The notes under the pieces: generated by a model | The model's input: the letters and a program-made list of their open reading frames with translations, nothing else | Databases searched by the model: none | What the model was told of the DNA's origin: nothing | In this document: positions 1-13,154 of the stretch, piece after piece | How positions within the stretch are numbered: the stretch's first letter is position 1 | Layout: every line of letters starts with the position of its first letter | Program-made: the position numbers and the translations under genes | Assembly (NCBI RefSeq): GCF_028641065.1 | Contig: NC_073396.1 | Coordinates: forward strand, 22,816,001 to 22,880,000 | Direction: 5' to 3' | DNA: 64,000 nt | DNA from: Leucoraja erinacea | Lineage: Eukaryota

Positions 1-1720
1 GATATTGAGAGCCAGGTTGTTGTGCTGGCACCATTTGGTCAATTGGTCGATCTCACTTCGACACTCTGACTCATCACCATCTGTAATTCGTCCCACAGCA
101 GTGGTGTCATTGGCGAACGTGACGATGGAGTTCGTACTATGTCCGGCTACACAGTCATGAGTATAGAGTGAGTAGAGCAGGGGGCTGAACACACAGCCTT
201 GAGGTGCTCCCGTACTGATTGTTAATGAGCGTGAAGTATTTCTGCCAATTTGAACATACTGTGGTCTGTGGATGAGGAAGTTGAGGATCCAATTGCAGAG
301 GGAAGCTCTGAGACCCAGTTCCATGAGCTTGGTAACCAGCTTTTAAAAAAAATCAAAAATATTTATTCAAACATTAAAATAGTATGTGCAACACAATAAA
401 ACAAAACAGAACCCACCATCACAGTACAAGACAAAACAAATACACCAAGTAAACTATATCACGATCCTTGTCCAGGATACACTCAACCCCCCTCAATGCC
501 CAACGGTCCCGGAAATCCCTCAGGGTGCCCGTGGACAGTGCATAGTCCCTCCTCAGTACCATCCGGATGCGGATGTAACCCCAGAAAAGGGGCAGACAGC
601 TGGCTCGGGCAGAGCCCTCTTCCGCCTAGCGCCGTGACTCGTGGATGGCCAGCTTGGCCAGGCCCAGGAGCAACCCAACCAGGACATCTTCAGCCCTACC
701 CTCTCCCCTACACTCAGGGTGTCCAAAGATGAGGATGGTGGGTGAAAAATGCAGCCAGGAGCAGCCCCTTTAGGTATTCAAACAGTGGCTGCAGCCTGGT
801 AACCAGATTGGAGGGGATGAAAGTATTGAACGCCGAGCTGTAGTCAATAAACAACAGCCTGACCAAATGTTTTTATTGTCCAAGTGATCCAGTGCATAGT
901 GGAGAATCAGTGGGATCGCATCCTCCGTTGACCTGTTGTGATGGTAGGTCAATTGCAGTGGGTCGAGGTTCATGTTGAGATAGTTGATATGCGCCATAAC
1001 CAACCTCTCAAACCACTTCATCACCATGGACGTTAGTGCCACTGGTCGATAGTCGTTGAGTCATGTCACCTTACTCTTCTTGGGTATTATTGATGCCCTC
1101 TTAAAGCAGGTGGGAACCTCAGTAGTGAGAGGTAGAAAATGTCCACAAAAGCTCCAGCCATTTGGTCTGCACAGGTTTTGAGAACTCGACCGAGTATGCC
1201 ATCAGGTCTAGGCGCTTTCCGAGGGTTCACCACGCTGAAGAATCTTCTGACATTGGCCTCAATGACAGTGACTGTAATACCTGTATGACGGCTCAGGAAG
1301 GCACATTGGTGTTCTCCTTATCAAAGCGTGCATAGAACGCATTGAGCTCTTCAGGGAGTCACTGTCGCTTGAGCTGCCTCCTGATTTCACCTTTTAGGTG
1401 ATGACATTCGAACCGTGCCACAGTTGCCAAACATCCACCCCATCTTCCAGCTTTGAGCAGAAGACCGTTTTGGCCTTTTTGATGACCTTGTCAAGGTCGT
1501 ATCTGGACTTCTTATAGACCTCCGTGTCACCAGACCTGAATGCCCGGGATCTGGTCTTCAGAAAAATGCGGATCTCCTGGTTCATCCAAGGCTTCTGGTT
1601 AGGAAACACTCGGAAGGTTTCCGTATTAAGTCTGTAACGACTGGCGTATTCATTCAGGTCCGTTGCCGAGTCCTTGAACATTGTCCAGTCTACTGACTCC
1701 TTGCAGTCCTGTAGTTGTAG
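1..1720 (-). mobile_element. Degenerate Rex1/Babar-like LINE RT fragment, split by an L1/Tx1 insertion
   Basis: Minus-strand ORFs read [14 protein letters not shown]...[14 protein letters not shown] and FPNQKPWMN, typical of the Rex1-clade RT. There are multiple frameshifts. Confidence 0.75.
341..796 (-). mobile_element. 5'-truncated L1/Tx1-like LINE 3' end
   Basis: Flanked by direct repeat TGGTAACCAG (330-339, 797-806). The minus strand encodes a decayed ORF2 C-terminus (FSPTILIFGH...LLLGLAKLAIHESR...FRDRWA). Confidence 0.65.
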
Positions 1721-3324
1721 TCAGAGAAGCAGGTGAATTTTCCCTTGTAAATAAAACAAATAGGTTGAAAAACTACTGAATAACAGAACGTAGAACAGTG
1801 CAGCACAAGAACAGGCTCTTCTGCCCACAATGCCGGTGTTGAACATGATGCTAAGACCATCACTTATCTCCTTGTACATAACCCAGAATTCTCCATTCCC
1901 TGCATATCCATGTGCCTATCCAAAAGTATTTTAAATGCCGCAAATGTACCTGCTTCAACCACCACCCCTGGCAACGTGTTCCAAGCACACACCATCTTTT
2001 GTGTAAAAACCTTGGCTTCTGTAAACTGTCCCTAGGGTATGGGATAGAACAAGTGTATGGGTTATCGATTGTCGGCATGGACTCGGTGTGCCGTAGGGCC
2101 TGTTTCAGCAATATTCAAAATTTAAACACTAAGAATGTATGAAGTGTTTTTAAACTTTTTTTTTGTATTGAATTTAATAATTCCTGTTCTCTCTTTAGGA
2201 GCTCTAGTTTTTGGTTCACTTGACAGTGAACACATCAAATCCTTTTATTATCCTTATTTGGGCTTTTAGCTCTGCAGCCTTTATTGAGCATCAGGTCAAA
2301 AAGCAGACACCATGCGCCCCCTTCTGGTTAACACAAATATTCTCCCAAAGATAGACATGCGTGCCGGAGTAATTCAACAGGCTGGGTGGGCAGCATCGCT
2401 GGAGAAAAAGGATGGGTGACGTTTCAGGTCAAGACGCCCGAAGAGGGGTCCAGAGATGCTGAATGACCTGCTGAGTTACTCCAGCATTTTGTGTACAAAC
2501 CAGCATCTGCAGTTCCTTGTTTCTACAAATATTTTGCCAGTGGCTGAAAGACCGCAAGAGGCCTGTTTATACTTCAGTGTTAACACCACAGTCTGGCAGA
2601 ATGTCAAGTCTGTCGCTTAATTCTGTTAAATGCACCATCTATTTTATCCTCTATTTTTCTGACCTTTGAGGTCATTATTTAGAGATGAACTAATCATTAG
2701 CTTTGCATAAATCCTACAGATTACTTCCAGATTTACTTAAACTCTTAAATTTACTTATTCAGTTACCTTGGTGGGATTTGGCATCCAGGTCAACCACCCA
2801 GATCTCTAATCTCCTATTTTGACTACCATTGTGCCAGCGTCCATGAATAGTTCTGAACAAATACTGGGCAAAAAAAAGGCAAGATGTTAATCAAGCAAAA
2901 GTAGCAAGTTTAGCTTAGTTTAGTTCATATTTGTTTAGTTTAGCGATACGGCACGGAAACAGGCTCTTCAGCCCGCCGAGTCCGCGCATTACTAGCGATC
3001 CCTGCACACTAACACTATCCTGCACACTAACACTATCCTGCACACACTAGGGACAATTTACAACTTTACAAATCCAATTGGCTTACAAACCTATACCTCT
3101 TTGGAGTGTGGGGGGAAATCGGGGCTCCCAGAGAAAACCCACGCAAGTTACAGGGAGATTGTACAAAGTCTGTACAGCACCCATAGTCAGGATCGAACCC
3201 GGCTCTCTGGTGCTGTAATGCAGCAACTCTACCGCTACGCCACCGGGCCGCCCCACAGGCACCAGCGGAACAAATGCAGCACTAACACAAGAGGGACAAT
3301 TTTCAAAACTAAAACTGATAAGGA

Positions 3325-3690
3325 TGGCAAATGATATGCTTGCCTTTATTGGCCAGGACATTGAGTATAAGAGACTAGATGTCATGAAGCAGCTTGAAAA
3401 AACTTTGCTTAGGCCATATTTGGAGTATTGTGTGCAATTCTGGTCACCCCATTGCAGGAAGGGTATGGAAACTATGGAAAGTGTGCAGGAAAGGTTTACC
3501 AAAATGATTAGATCTGGATTAGAGAGTATTAGCTATGAGAAGAGGTTGGACAGATTTGGATTATTTTCTCTAGAATGCCAGAGGTGGAGGGAAGACCTGA
3601 TAGAAGTATATACAATTATGAGAGGCATAAATAGGGAGGACAGTTAGAACCTATTTCCTACAGTTAGAACCTATTTCCCAGGGTGGAAAT
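3325..3690 (+). mobile_element. CR1 LINE RT C-terminal fragment
   Basis: LLRPYLEYCVQFWSPH...ESVQERFTKMI...SYEKRLDRFGLFSLE is the CR1 ORF2 signature. Confidence 0.85.
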
Positions 3691-4385
3691 ATCCCATCTC
3701 CTCCTCATACTGCTTTCCGCAGAGACCGTTCCCTCCGTAACTCCCTGGTCAATTTGTCTCTTCCTACGCAAACCACCTCTTCCCCGGGTACTTTCCCATG
3801 CAGCCGCAGGAAATGCTACACTTGTCGCTTTACCTCCCCCCTCAACTACATCCAAGGAACCAATCAGTCTTTCCAGGTGAGGCAGAGGTTCACCTGCACC
3901 TCCTCCAACCTCATCTCCTGCATCCGCTGTTCCAGGTGGCAACTCCTCTACATCGGTGAGACCAAGCGCAGGCTCGGCGATTGCTTCGCCCAATACCTCT
4001 GCTCAGTTCATATTAACCAACCCGATCTCCCAGTTGCTCAGCACTTCAACTCCCCCTCCCATTCCCAATCTGACCGTTCTGTCCTGGGCCTCCTCCATTG
4101 CCAGAGTGAAGCCCAGCGCTAATTGGAGGAACAGCACCTCATATTTTGATGAGGTTGTTTACACCTCAGCGGTATGAACCCTTGCTTTCTCCCTCCTTCC
4201 CCTCCCCCTTCCCAGCTCTCCCAGAAAGCTTATTGTCTCCACCTCTTCCTTTATTTTTCCCCGCCCCCCCCCCCCCCCGTCCGACATCAGTCTGAAGAAG
4301 GGCCTCGACCTGAAACGTCACCTATTCCTTCTCTCCATAGATGCTGCTTCATCCGCTGAGTTTCTCCAGCATTTCTCGTCTACCA
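3690..4385 (+). mobile_element. Penelope-like element fragment (GIY-YIG endonuclease)
   Basis: ORF 3754-4122 reads GTFPCSRRKCYTC...FTCTSSNLISCIRC...LYIGETKRRLGD...PVAQHFN. Confidence 0.8.
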
Positions 4386-5929
4386 AAGATTTAATGGCAG
4401 AGCATTCGGGTGAGAGGGGCAAAGTTTAGAGGAGATAGGCAGGATGAGTTTTTAAACACAGAGGATGGTGAGAGCCTGGGACGCGCTGTCAGGTGTGGTG
4501 GTGGAGGCAGATACAATAGTGGCATTTAAAAGGCTTTTAGATAGGCAAATCGATATGCAAGGATTGGAGGCATAAGGATCATGTGCAGGCTGACAAGAGT
4601 AATTTATGGAACTGCAGATAGCTGGGATAGCTCGCAAAAGGTTCCTGAGATAAACTGCAGTACTTTATCACAACCAAAGGTGGAAACAGAGAGCTCAATT
4701 CAGAGGAGCTGATCATTCTGTCTCACACAGCTCTGTTAAACACCAAATAAATGTGTTAACAAATCCTGTCAGTTTGACCACAGTTGCAGGAAAAAAGAAC
4801 TAGTTTATTTTCACTTCCCACATTTTGTTTGACTCTCTGGTAGTTCTACAAAAAATTCACAGACCTTACGAGAATGACGCATTTACATAGCAACTCTATC
4901 AGAGTAACACTTCCCAAGAGTATCTGCAAAAAAAACCACACTTAGCGACATGTAAAATGGGATTAGATAATTGGGTGCTGGAGACTATTCAGCCCATTGA
5001 ATCTATGCCAACTCATGGAATCATCTCATTAATTTGCATTGTAACTTGTTCTCTTCATATTTCCTTCCCATCGACATGGTGGTGAAGTTGGTATGCAGTA
5101 AACCAGGTTAGAGGAGGTGAACCTCTGTTCAGGATGGCAGTGATTTGTATAAAGCATTTCAAACTAATGGATTCCGCAGCCTCAGGGGGGCCTCGGAACG
5201 GTGGGGTACTTCAGAACTGTCATCACTTGTTGCGTGTACACAGCGAGGTGAGAAAATAAGAAATAGCTCACCCACTCGGGCCAAGATCGTTTTTTCAGAC
5301 TAGGAAGTTGCAAGCTGGCAGGCGACTCTTGTGGCGACTCTCCACGTGGCGTTTGAGAAGAAGATGTATTGCACGCATCTACAGTAGGGTTTCACTGGGT
5401 AGTATGCTGAACAAGATTTTCACTGTGTAGGATGGAACTGCAGATGTTGGTTTATACCGAAGATGGGCACATATTGCAGAAGTAACTCAGCGGGCCAGGC
5501 AGCATCTCTGGAGAAAAGGAATAGGTGACGTTTCAGATCGGAACCCTTCTTCAGACTGTCACTTTATAAAGCTTTTCGCTGTGTCCTTGTTTTGTTTAGT
5601 TTAGTTTACCACAAAAAGTACCGAGGTACAAATGAAAAGCTTTTGTTCTGTGCTATCCAGTCAGCAGAAGGAGAATACATGATTACAATTGAGCCATTCA
5701 CGGTGCAAAAGAAATGTTGCTGTAGATTTAAGAGCGTGGAGCGATTATAATATGAGTTTGTAGATCTGCTTCTGTGGCTAGCACACAAATAGTCACATGT
5801 GTTGGCGCCATCTGCACATGACTATAAACTCATGACTGTCCGAAGGGGGGGGTACCAATGCAGAGCGGTCAGTGACTCTGGGTGGGTGGAGGGACCAGAC
5901 TGTCCCCAACTGTGCTGCAGCTGAAGGGG

Positions 5930-7175
5930 ACATTGCCAGGTTTTTGTCCCCATGATCCTCAATTTCCCTACTCTGGGCAAAAAACTCTGTGCATCTACCC
6001 GATCTATTCTTCTAATGATTTTGTATACCTCTCATTTCCCCTCATCCTCCTGTGCTCCATGGAATAGAGTCCCAACCTACTCAACCTCTCCCTATAGCTC
6101 ACAGTCTCTAGACCTGGCAACATCCTCATAAATCTTCTCTGTACTCTTTCCAGTTTGACATCTTTCCTATAACATTGAGCCCAGAACTGAACACAATATT
6201 CTAAATACAGTCTCACCAACATCTTATACAACTGCAACATGACTTCCCAACTTCTATACTCAATACTCTGACTGATGAAGGCCAAAGTGCCAAAATACTT
6301 TTTGACCACCTGATGTACCTGCGACTCAACCTTCAAGGAACCTCCATGCAACCATCAACCATTCCTCTGCCCACCTGGCCAATTGATCCAGATCCTGCTG
6401 CAATCTTTCACAACCATCTTCACTATCTGTAAAACCACTCACTTTTGTATCATCAGCAAACTTGCTAATCTTGCCCTGTTCTGTGACGTTTCACAGAGTG
6501 CTGGAGTAACTAAGTGGGTCAGGCTGAGTGTAGAAGTTGGGAGGTCATGTTGCGGTTGCATAAGAAGTTGGTGAGGCTGCATTTAGAGTATTGTGTTCAG
6601 TTCTGGGCACCATGATATAGGAAAGACAAACTGGAAAGGGTACAGTGAAGATTTACGAGGATGTTGCCAGGACTAGAGGGTCAGTGCTATAGAGAGGTTG
6701 AGTAGGCTGGGACTCTATTTTATGGAGCACAGGAGGATGAGGAATGATCTAATAGAGGTGTATAAAATCATGATTTGAATAGATCAGGTTGAGTCTTTTG
6801 CCCAGTATAGGTGAATCGAGGAGCAGAGGACACAAGTTTAAGGTGAAGGGGAAAAGATTTAATAGAAATCTGAGGGGTATATTTTTCACACAAAGGGTCT
6901 ATCTATCTTTCCCTCCCCAACCCATTCATCTGCATTCTCCCCATTACGTCTGACACCTGTATCAATCAAGAATCTATCAATTTCCTCCTGAAAAATGTCC
7001 ATTGACTTGGCCTCCACAGCTGTCTGTGGCAATGAATTCCAGTTTACCACTCTCTGACTTAAGAAATTCCTGTTCATCTCCTTCCTAAAAGAACGTCTTT
7101 TAATTCTGAGGCTGTGGCCACTGATCCTAGACTCTCCCACTAGTGGAAACATCCTCTCCACGTCCACTCAATCCA
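5930..7175. mobile_element. Cluster of CR1 fragments in alternating orientation (5930-6345 minus, 6525-6895 plus, 6900-7175 minus)
   Basis: YLEYCVQFW, LGLYSME and WNSLPQ motifs occur on both strands. Confidence 0.8.
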
Positions 7176-7379
7176 GGCTTTTACCAGCCTGGGACAGACT
7201 GCAACAGCTTCACACCATGTCCCAAAGCTTGTGTCCTGTCCTGCATCACCCAAGGCTGCAGACATTATAGGAGAGGACAAGCACCGTCACAAAGTAGCTC
7301 ACGATGGTTTGGGTACCATTCAAGAATGTCTATACATGTCACATTATGAATATTACTGAAGAAGGGTCTTGACCCAAAA

Positions 7380-7575
7380 TATAATCTATACCTTTTCTCC
7401 AGATATGCTGCCTGACCCGCTGAGTTACTCCAGCACTGTGAAATGTCACCTATCCATATTCTCCAGAGATGCTGCCTGACTCACTGAGTTACTCCAGCAC
7501 TCTGTGAAACGTCACCTATCCCATGTTCTCCACAGATGCTGCCTGACCCACTGAGTTACTCCAGCACTTTGTGAC
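7380..7575 (+). repeat. About three tandem copies of a ~60-bp SINE/Penelope-tail unit
   Basis: Repeated gtcacctatccat..ttctccagagatgctgcctgacc..ctgagttactccagcact. Confidence 0.7.
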
Positions 7576-8469
7576 TATTTTCCCTTCACCCATCTGCCCA
7601 AGCCCACCCTCCCCCCATCTTTCCGATGTTCCTTAACACCCATAAACCTCATTCTGCCTTTAAATTTCACTCCTCTTTCAAATCTGCTCCATTTATCTAC
7701 ATGCATTTTTTTTCTTACCTTTTTCGTCATAGTGATGCAGTGTGGAAACAGGCCCTTCAGCCCAACTTGCCCACACCGAACAACATGTCTCATCTACTTA
7801 CTTGTCTCACTCACACGAGTTTGGCACATATCCGTCTAAACCTGTCCTATCCATGTACTTGTACAAATGTCTCTTAAACATTAGGATAGTCCCAGCCTTA
7901 ACGACCTATACTGGCAGCTCTTCCATACACCCACCACCCTTTGTGCGAAAGCTAATTCTCAGATTCTTGTTAATTTCTGAAATATTGGTCATAAATCTGG
8001 TGCAGAAATGCTCCAAAATAAGGCTCACAGTGCATCAGAGAGCATCTAAAACCCCAGAGCCAAAAGTCCATGGACGAGCGCGGCATTGAGGGACTTCACG
8101 CTCTGATGTGCACAGGGCGGAAATTATTTCACATTAAAATGTTTGTAATCCTGTCATGCCACCCCCCTTTTTGAAAAGCTTCGTATGGGCCTGAAACTAA
8201 ATGAAAGATTCTACAATTTGGATGAGAATGCACACGGTGAGTATATGGAGATTACACTAAACGTTGCAGCAAGTTTGCAAACGACACTGTAACGTTGAAT
8301 TAGTTTAATGTGGAGGCTGCGGTTGCCGGAACCTGGAGCTGATGGAGGCAAAGTGCTGGAGTAAGTCAGCGGGCCGAGCGGCGTCTGTGGGGATCGATGG
8401 ACGTGGAGGGGACCCAGTGAAGCTGATTCACGATGGAAATGATTATATCTGAGACTGGGAGCAGAAGTT

Positions 8470-8659
8470 AACGCGCGGGCGGGCGGTCGGTGCAAGGCCT
8501 TGAAGCAGAGCTACGGCGTCGCCCGGCAACGGCGGCGGGAGGGAGGGAGGGAAGGCGCGGCCACGTCGCCGCGATAACGTCACTGTGGTGACGTCAGGTG
8601 GCCTGCGTCACGGGGACCAACGTCATCGCGCACGGCAACGCCCCGACGTCATCGCCAAG
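8470..8659 (+). promoter_or_regulatory. CpG-rich COX19 promoter with clustered CRE sites
   Basis: Full TGACGTCA at 8589-8596, plus CGTCA half-sites near 8578, 8606, 8621 and 8647. GC boxes present, no TATA. Confidence 0.65.
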
Positions 8660-8741
8660 ATGTCGACCGCCATGAACTTCGGCGGCAAGAGCTTCAGCCC
8701 GCAGCCGCCAGAGCGCGGCTCCTTCCCTCTCGACCACCTGG
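8660..8741 (+). CDS. COX19: Cytochrome c oxidase assembly protein COX19, exon 1
   Basis: [28 protein letters not shown] matches the COX19 N-terminus. GT donor at 8742. 82 nt. Confidence 0.95.
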
Positions 8742-8999
8742 GTAGGCGGTCGCTGGATTGGACGTACAGGGTAGCGTCTGAGATGTTCCCTCCCTCCTCC
8801 GTCTTCTCTCTCTCTCTCTCTCCCTCCCCCCCCATCTCCCTCCCGTCCCTCATCTCTTCCGTTCTCATCTCCTGTTTCCTCCCCATTTTCATCCTCGGTC
8901 CCCTACACTCCAATAATAACGCCCCCTCTAGTGGTCTTGAGACATTTTTTTAGTTCTGACCTGAAATGTCACAAAATGCTGGAGTAACTCAATCACACA

Positions 9000-9540
9000 G
9001 TCTGTTCGAATTGGCAAAGACACTTCTTCCTCAATAACAATCAGTACGGGAGCCTCTCAAGGCTGCGTGCTCAGCCCCCTGCTCTAGATTCACTAATGCA
9101 GAGTGCAAACTCCATCTTCAAGTTTACTAATGACACCACCGTTGTTGGACGAATTACAGATGGTGATGAGTCAGAGTATGGAATTGAGTTTGATTAACTG
9201 ACCAAATGCTGCCAGCACAACCAACCTTGTTCTGAATGTTAGTAAGACCAAGGAACTGATTGTGGACTTTGGAAGAGGAAGGCTAAGGACCCACTAACCT
9301 GTCTATATTGATGGAATGATCGTGGAGCGAGTCAAAAGTTTCAAATTCCTGGGCATGCATTTTTCAGAAGATCTTGCACATTGATTCGGTATGTCAGAGA
9401 GGATTCTCTAAAACTTGACAGGTGTACAGTACAGTGCATATTGACTGGTTGCATCATGGCCTGGTTCAGCAACTTGAATGCCCATGAGCAAAGAAGACTG
9501 CAAAAAGTTGTGAACACTGCCCAGTCCACCACCGGTTCTG

Positions 9541-9577
<37 letters not shown>

Positions 9578-9790
9578 ACATTGAAGGGATTTACCAGAGT
9601 CGCTGCCTCAAAAAGACAGCCCTCATCATCAGAGACCCACACCACTCTGGCCATAAACCCATTTTACCCCTGCCATCGGGAAGAAGGTACAGGAGCCTGA
9701 AAACTAACGTCCAGGTTCAGGAACGGCTTCTTCCCTTCAGCTATCAGACTATTAAACACTACAACCTCAAATAAGCTCAGAACTACATAG
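9000..9790 (+). mobile_element. Rex1/Babar-like LINE 3' fragment in COX19 intron 1
   Basis: Decayed RT C-terminus (GASQGCVLSPLL, LNVSKTKELIVDF, CILTGCIMAWF). Confidence 0.7.
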
Positions 9791-10065
9791 ACTATTGTTA
9801 TTATTGCACTCTTATTGTTTATTATGTGTATGTATATATATATATATATATATATATCACACGGATAGGTAACATTTCGGGTCAAGAGTCAAGAGTGTTT
9901 TTTTGTGTATATATATATATACAAAAAAATACTCTTGACTCGAAATGTTACCTATCCGTATTCTCCAGAGATGTTGCCTGTCCTGCTGAGCTACTCCAGC
10001 ACTTTGTGACTGAACATCTTTAATACCAAATGCTTTAACCTAACATATTTCTTGCAATTTTGCAG

Positions 10066-10177
10066 GTGAATGCAAAGAATTTAAAGAGATATTTATGAGC
10101 TGTCTTAAGGAGAGTAAGTTTGATAGCTCTTTGTGCAGAGAACAATCCATGGACTATTTGAAATGCAGAATGGACAG
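10066..10177 (+). CDS. COX19: COX19 exon 2 (twin CX9C)
   Basis: tttgcag acceptor and GT donor. Encodes ECKEFKEIFMSCLKESKFDSSLCREQSMDYLKCRMD, with two CX9C motifs. 112 nt, in phase. Confidence 0.95.
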
Positions 10178-11345
10178 GTATAGTAATGCAATCTTAGTGA
10201 AAGTTACTTGATTTTAGCAAACCATAAATAATTTAGCACATGTGATTAAAAAAAATATATAAACACAATACAGAAAAGTTCTGAGGGACAGGATCAATCT
10301 AGAGGTAGTCCATTAGGCTTCCATTCTGATATTTATGTGTTTGTTAATTCTCCATAAATTAGAAATTAACCATTTTAGTGAGAGTCGATTAACAGTAATG
10401 TTTATTTCGTGTCTTCTGTGTAGATACAATGGTTCATTGTCAGAATGCCCCACATCTAGCTTAATTTTAGTTACATTGTTGCTTTAGGATGGAAATAAAA
10501 AACTAGAGTGCATGGCTTTAAGGTGAGATGGACAAAGTTTAAAGGCAAGTTTTTTCTTGACAGACAATGGTGTCTGCTTGATTGTTGTGGGGAGATTACA
10601 AAGAGTCATAAATCTATTCAACACAGAAAATTGCTCCATCAAACCAGTGCTGCTTGCTTGCGCCTGGTCCATATCCCTCCAAATTTTCTGTATCCAAGCA
10701 CCTATCTTTTAAATGTCATAATTGTACATGGCTTTAGATTTCCTTAGTTTACTTTACTTTAAAGATACAGCGCGTTCATTGGTCTTCGGCCCCCACGAAT
10801 CTAGCGCCATTTTAGTTATTCCTGTTAAATAATGGAAATAAAACACTAGGGTGCAATATACTTTTTTACCAAGATGGACAAAGTTACAAACCAAGACAAT
10901 AGGTTGCAGGAGTAGGCCATTGATTGGCCCATCGAGCTAGAAAGAGCCATAAATCTATTCATCACATGAAAATTAGTTCGCCGTTCGTGCTGCTTGCTTG
11001 CCACTGGTCCACTGCTATCTCCAAATTTTCTGTATCCAACACCTCTCTTGAAAATGCATCCAGAGAACATGGCCTTAGAATGTATTAGTTTACTTTACTT
11101 TAAAGACACAGCACCCTTAAACAGGGTCTTCGGCCCACCGAATCCGCGCCAACCAATGATTCCTGTTAAATAATACACGCTACACACTAGGGACAATATA
11201 CTATTTTTACCGAAGCCGATTAACCTACAAACCAAGACAAAAAGTTGCCCCTTGGGTCCCTTTCCTTCTCACCTTAAACCCAGGCCTTCTGGTTTTGGAC
11301 ATGCCTACCCTGGAGTTGAACGTTTGATTTTGTTTTCTTGTCCAG

Positions 11346-11439
11346 ACAGTTGATGACCAAAGAGCCTCTGCAAAAACTGGGCTTCAAAGATCTTGTGGAT
11401 GATAAGTCAGCAGAACCGCATCAGCAGACTGATACATAA
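11346..11439 (+). CDS. COX19: COX19 exon 3 (stop TAA)
   Basis: ttgtccag acceptor. Encodes RQLMTKEPLQKLGFKDLVDDKSAEPHQQTDT*. Total CDS 288 nt = 95 aa. Confidence 0.93.
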
Positions 11440-11531
11440 CAGGAGCATTGACTATTATATCTACAAATTGAACTAAAGATGGGGCTTCTTCCATAGCAAT
11501 TCTGTATATATTGTAAAATATGTTTCTGTAC

Positions 11532-11537
11532 AATAAA
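11532..11537 (+). terminator. Probable COX19 polyadenylation signal
   Basis: AATAAA about 90 nt after the stop codon. Confidence 0.6.
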
Positions 11538-11783
11538 CGAGCGATTAAAGAGTTAAAAAAAATAATAATAGTTTGTCTCATTTTAATCATTGTATAATTA
11601 TCAAATCATATAGCACGGAACAGGTCCTTCTGCCCAACTTGTCCATGATGCCCAAGATGCCCCATTTACAATAGTCCCACCTGCCTGTGTTTAGCTTGTA
11701 TTCCTTGAAACCTAACCAAGTACCTCTCCAAATGGCATTTAAATGTTGTTATAGTATCTGCCTCAACTATCCCCTCTATATAG

Positions 11784-13154
11784 TGAACCGTGCTGGAAGC
11801 AAGTGTTAGTATAAGTGTTACAGTGGGGTGGAGTTAGTGATGCTGGCTTGTGTGTGGTTGGTTGACATGCATCATCAATCTACATCCTTCCCACTAAAGA
11901 CTAAGTGTGGAAGGGCACCCATGCCATGGGGTTAAATATACTCGCCATATCTGTCTGGTGGTCTACTAACACGGCCCGAGCGCGTGCGGACTCAACCTTC
12001 CCCTCCCTCTCCTGAAAGGGGAGGCGGAGAGCCTGGAGGTGAGAATGACGCGGGAGAGGCTTGTGACCGAAAGGGGAAGCATGCAGGAGGTGAGGTCCCG
12101 TGGTTAGTCCCGACCGCGGGACGTGGAGGGGTGTAAGGCATGCGGGGACGGGTGGGAGACATGGCAAAAGGTGGCTGGAACTGGAGCGGCGGAGTTGATT
12201 CCAAATGGCATTCTCAGAAACTTGTATCTGCTAAATGGGGTGGAAAATGTGGTGAGATTTGACGACTTCTTGTCCAGCGGTATCTGCCAGAAAACGTTCT
12301 TTGCATCAAGGACAGAAAATAGGGTGGCCATTCCGACCTTTGCCGCAACATCCTCGACGGTCTTCATGGGATGGTGGGGGCGCTTAATGGCAGTGTTCAG
12401 GTCTTTCGGGTTGATGCACAGACGGATTTCATTTTTTCCCTTCTTGATTGTGGCAATCATGGTTGAGACCCAGTCGGTGGGGTCGCTGACTGCTTCAATT
12501 ACACCTGTGAAGACCAAGTCCTTCAGCTCGGAATGAACCCTGTCAGTCATGGCAAATGACAACCGGTGTGGGGCCCGACTTCTGAATCCAAACTGACCAG
12601 TGCACCGACTCTGACGTTTTTCGACCTGAAACGTCCGGTAACGACCACCTGTATTGCTTTGAGATTCGGGCTCGGCCCGGCCTGCTTGCAACCATCTGCC
12701 GATGGCACCCTACTACCCGTCTCGTATGCCTCTCGCACCATGACCGACACGGAACAGCGCTACACACAAATCGAGAAGTAACTGCTGGCTGTTGTCTTTG
12801 CCTGCTGCAAATTCCATGACTTCATCTTCGGGAACACCTTCACGGTCGAGACGAACCACCAACCGCTTGTAATAATCCTGAACAAGCCCATCCATGCTGC
12901 ACCAGCTCGCCTGCAGCGCATGATAAACAACATCCCACTTCTGACACTATGTAGATGTACACCAGACACAGATTGTGATTCATCTTTAATCAGCACTGAG
13001 ACTTTAACAGCATAAAGGATGGTTGGTTGTCAGTACACCCTAGCAGCTCGAACTGAACCGTGCTGGAAGCAAGTGTTAGTATAAGTGTTACAGTGGGGTG
13101 GAGTTAGTGATGCCGGCTTGTGTGTGATTGGTTGACATGCATCATCAATCTACA
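11784..13154 (-). mobile_element. Internally deleted, rearranged Gypsy LTR element
   Basis: 5' LTR 12950-13154 (TGTAGAT...ATCTACA). PBS 12932-12949 matches the tRNA-Leu 3' end (ATCCCACTTCTGACACCA, 1 mismatch). PPT lies next to a truncated 3' LTR at 11784-11884. RT piece and integrase tail (RSGRVSRPPDRY) are on minus, but an RNase H piece is on plus. Confidence 0.85.

Noticed and set aside
8585-8953. 122-aa ORF as a longer COX19
   Set aside because: It starts at a non-ATG codon and reads into intron 1. The spliced 95-aa model fits the family.
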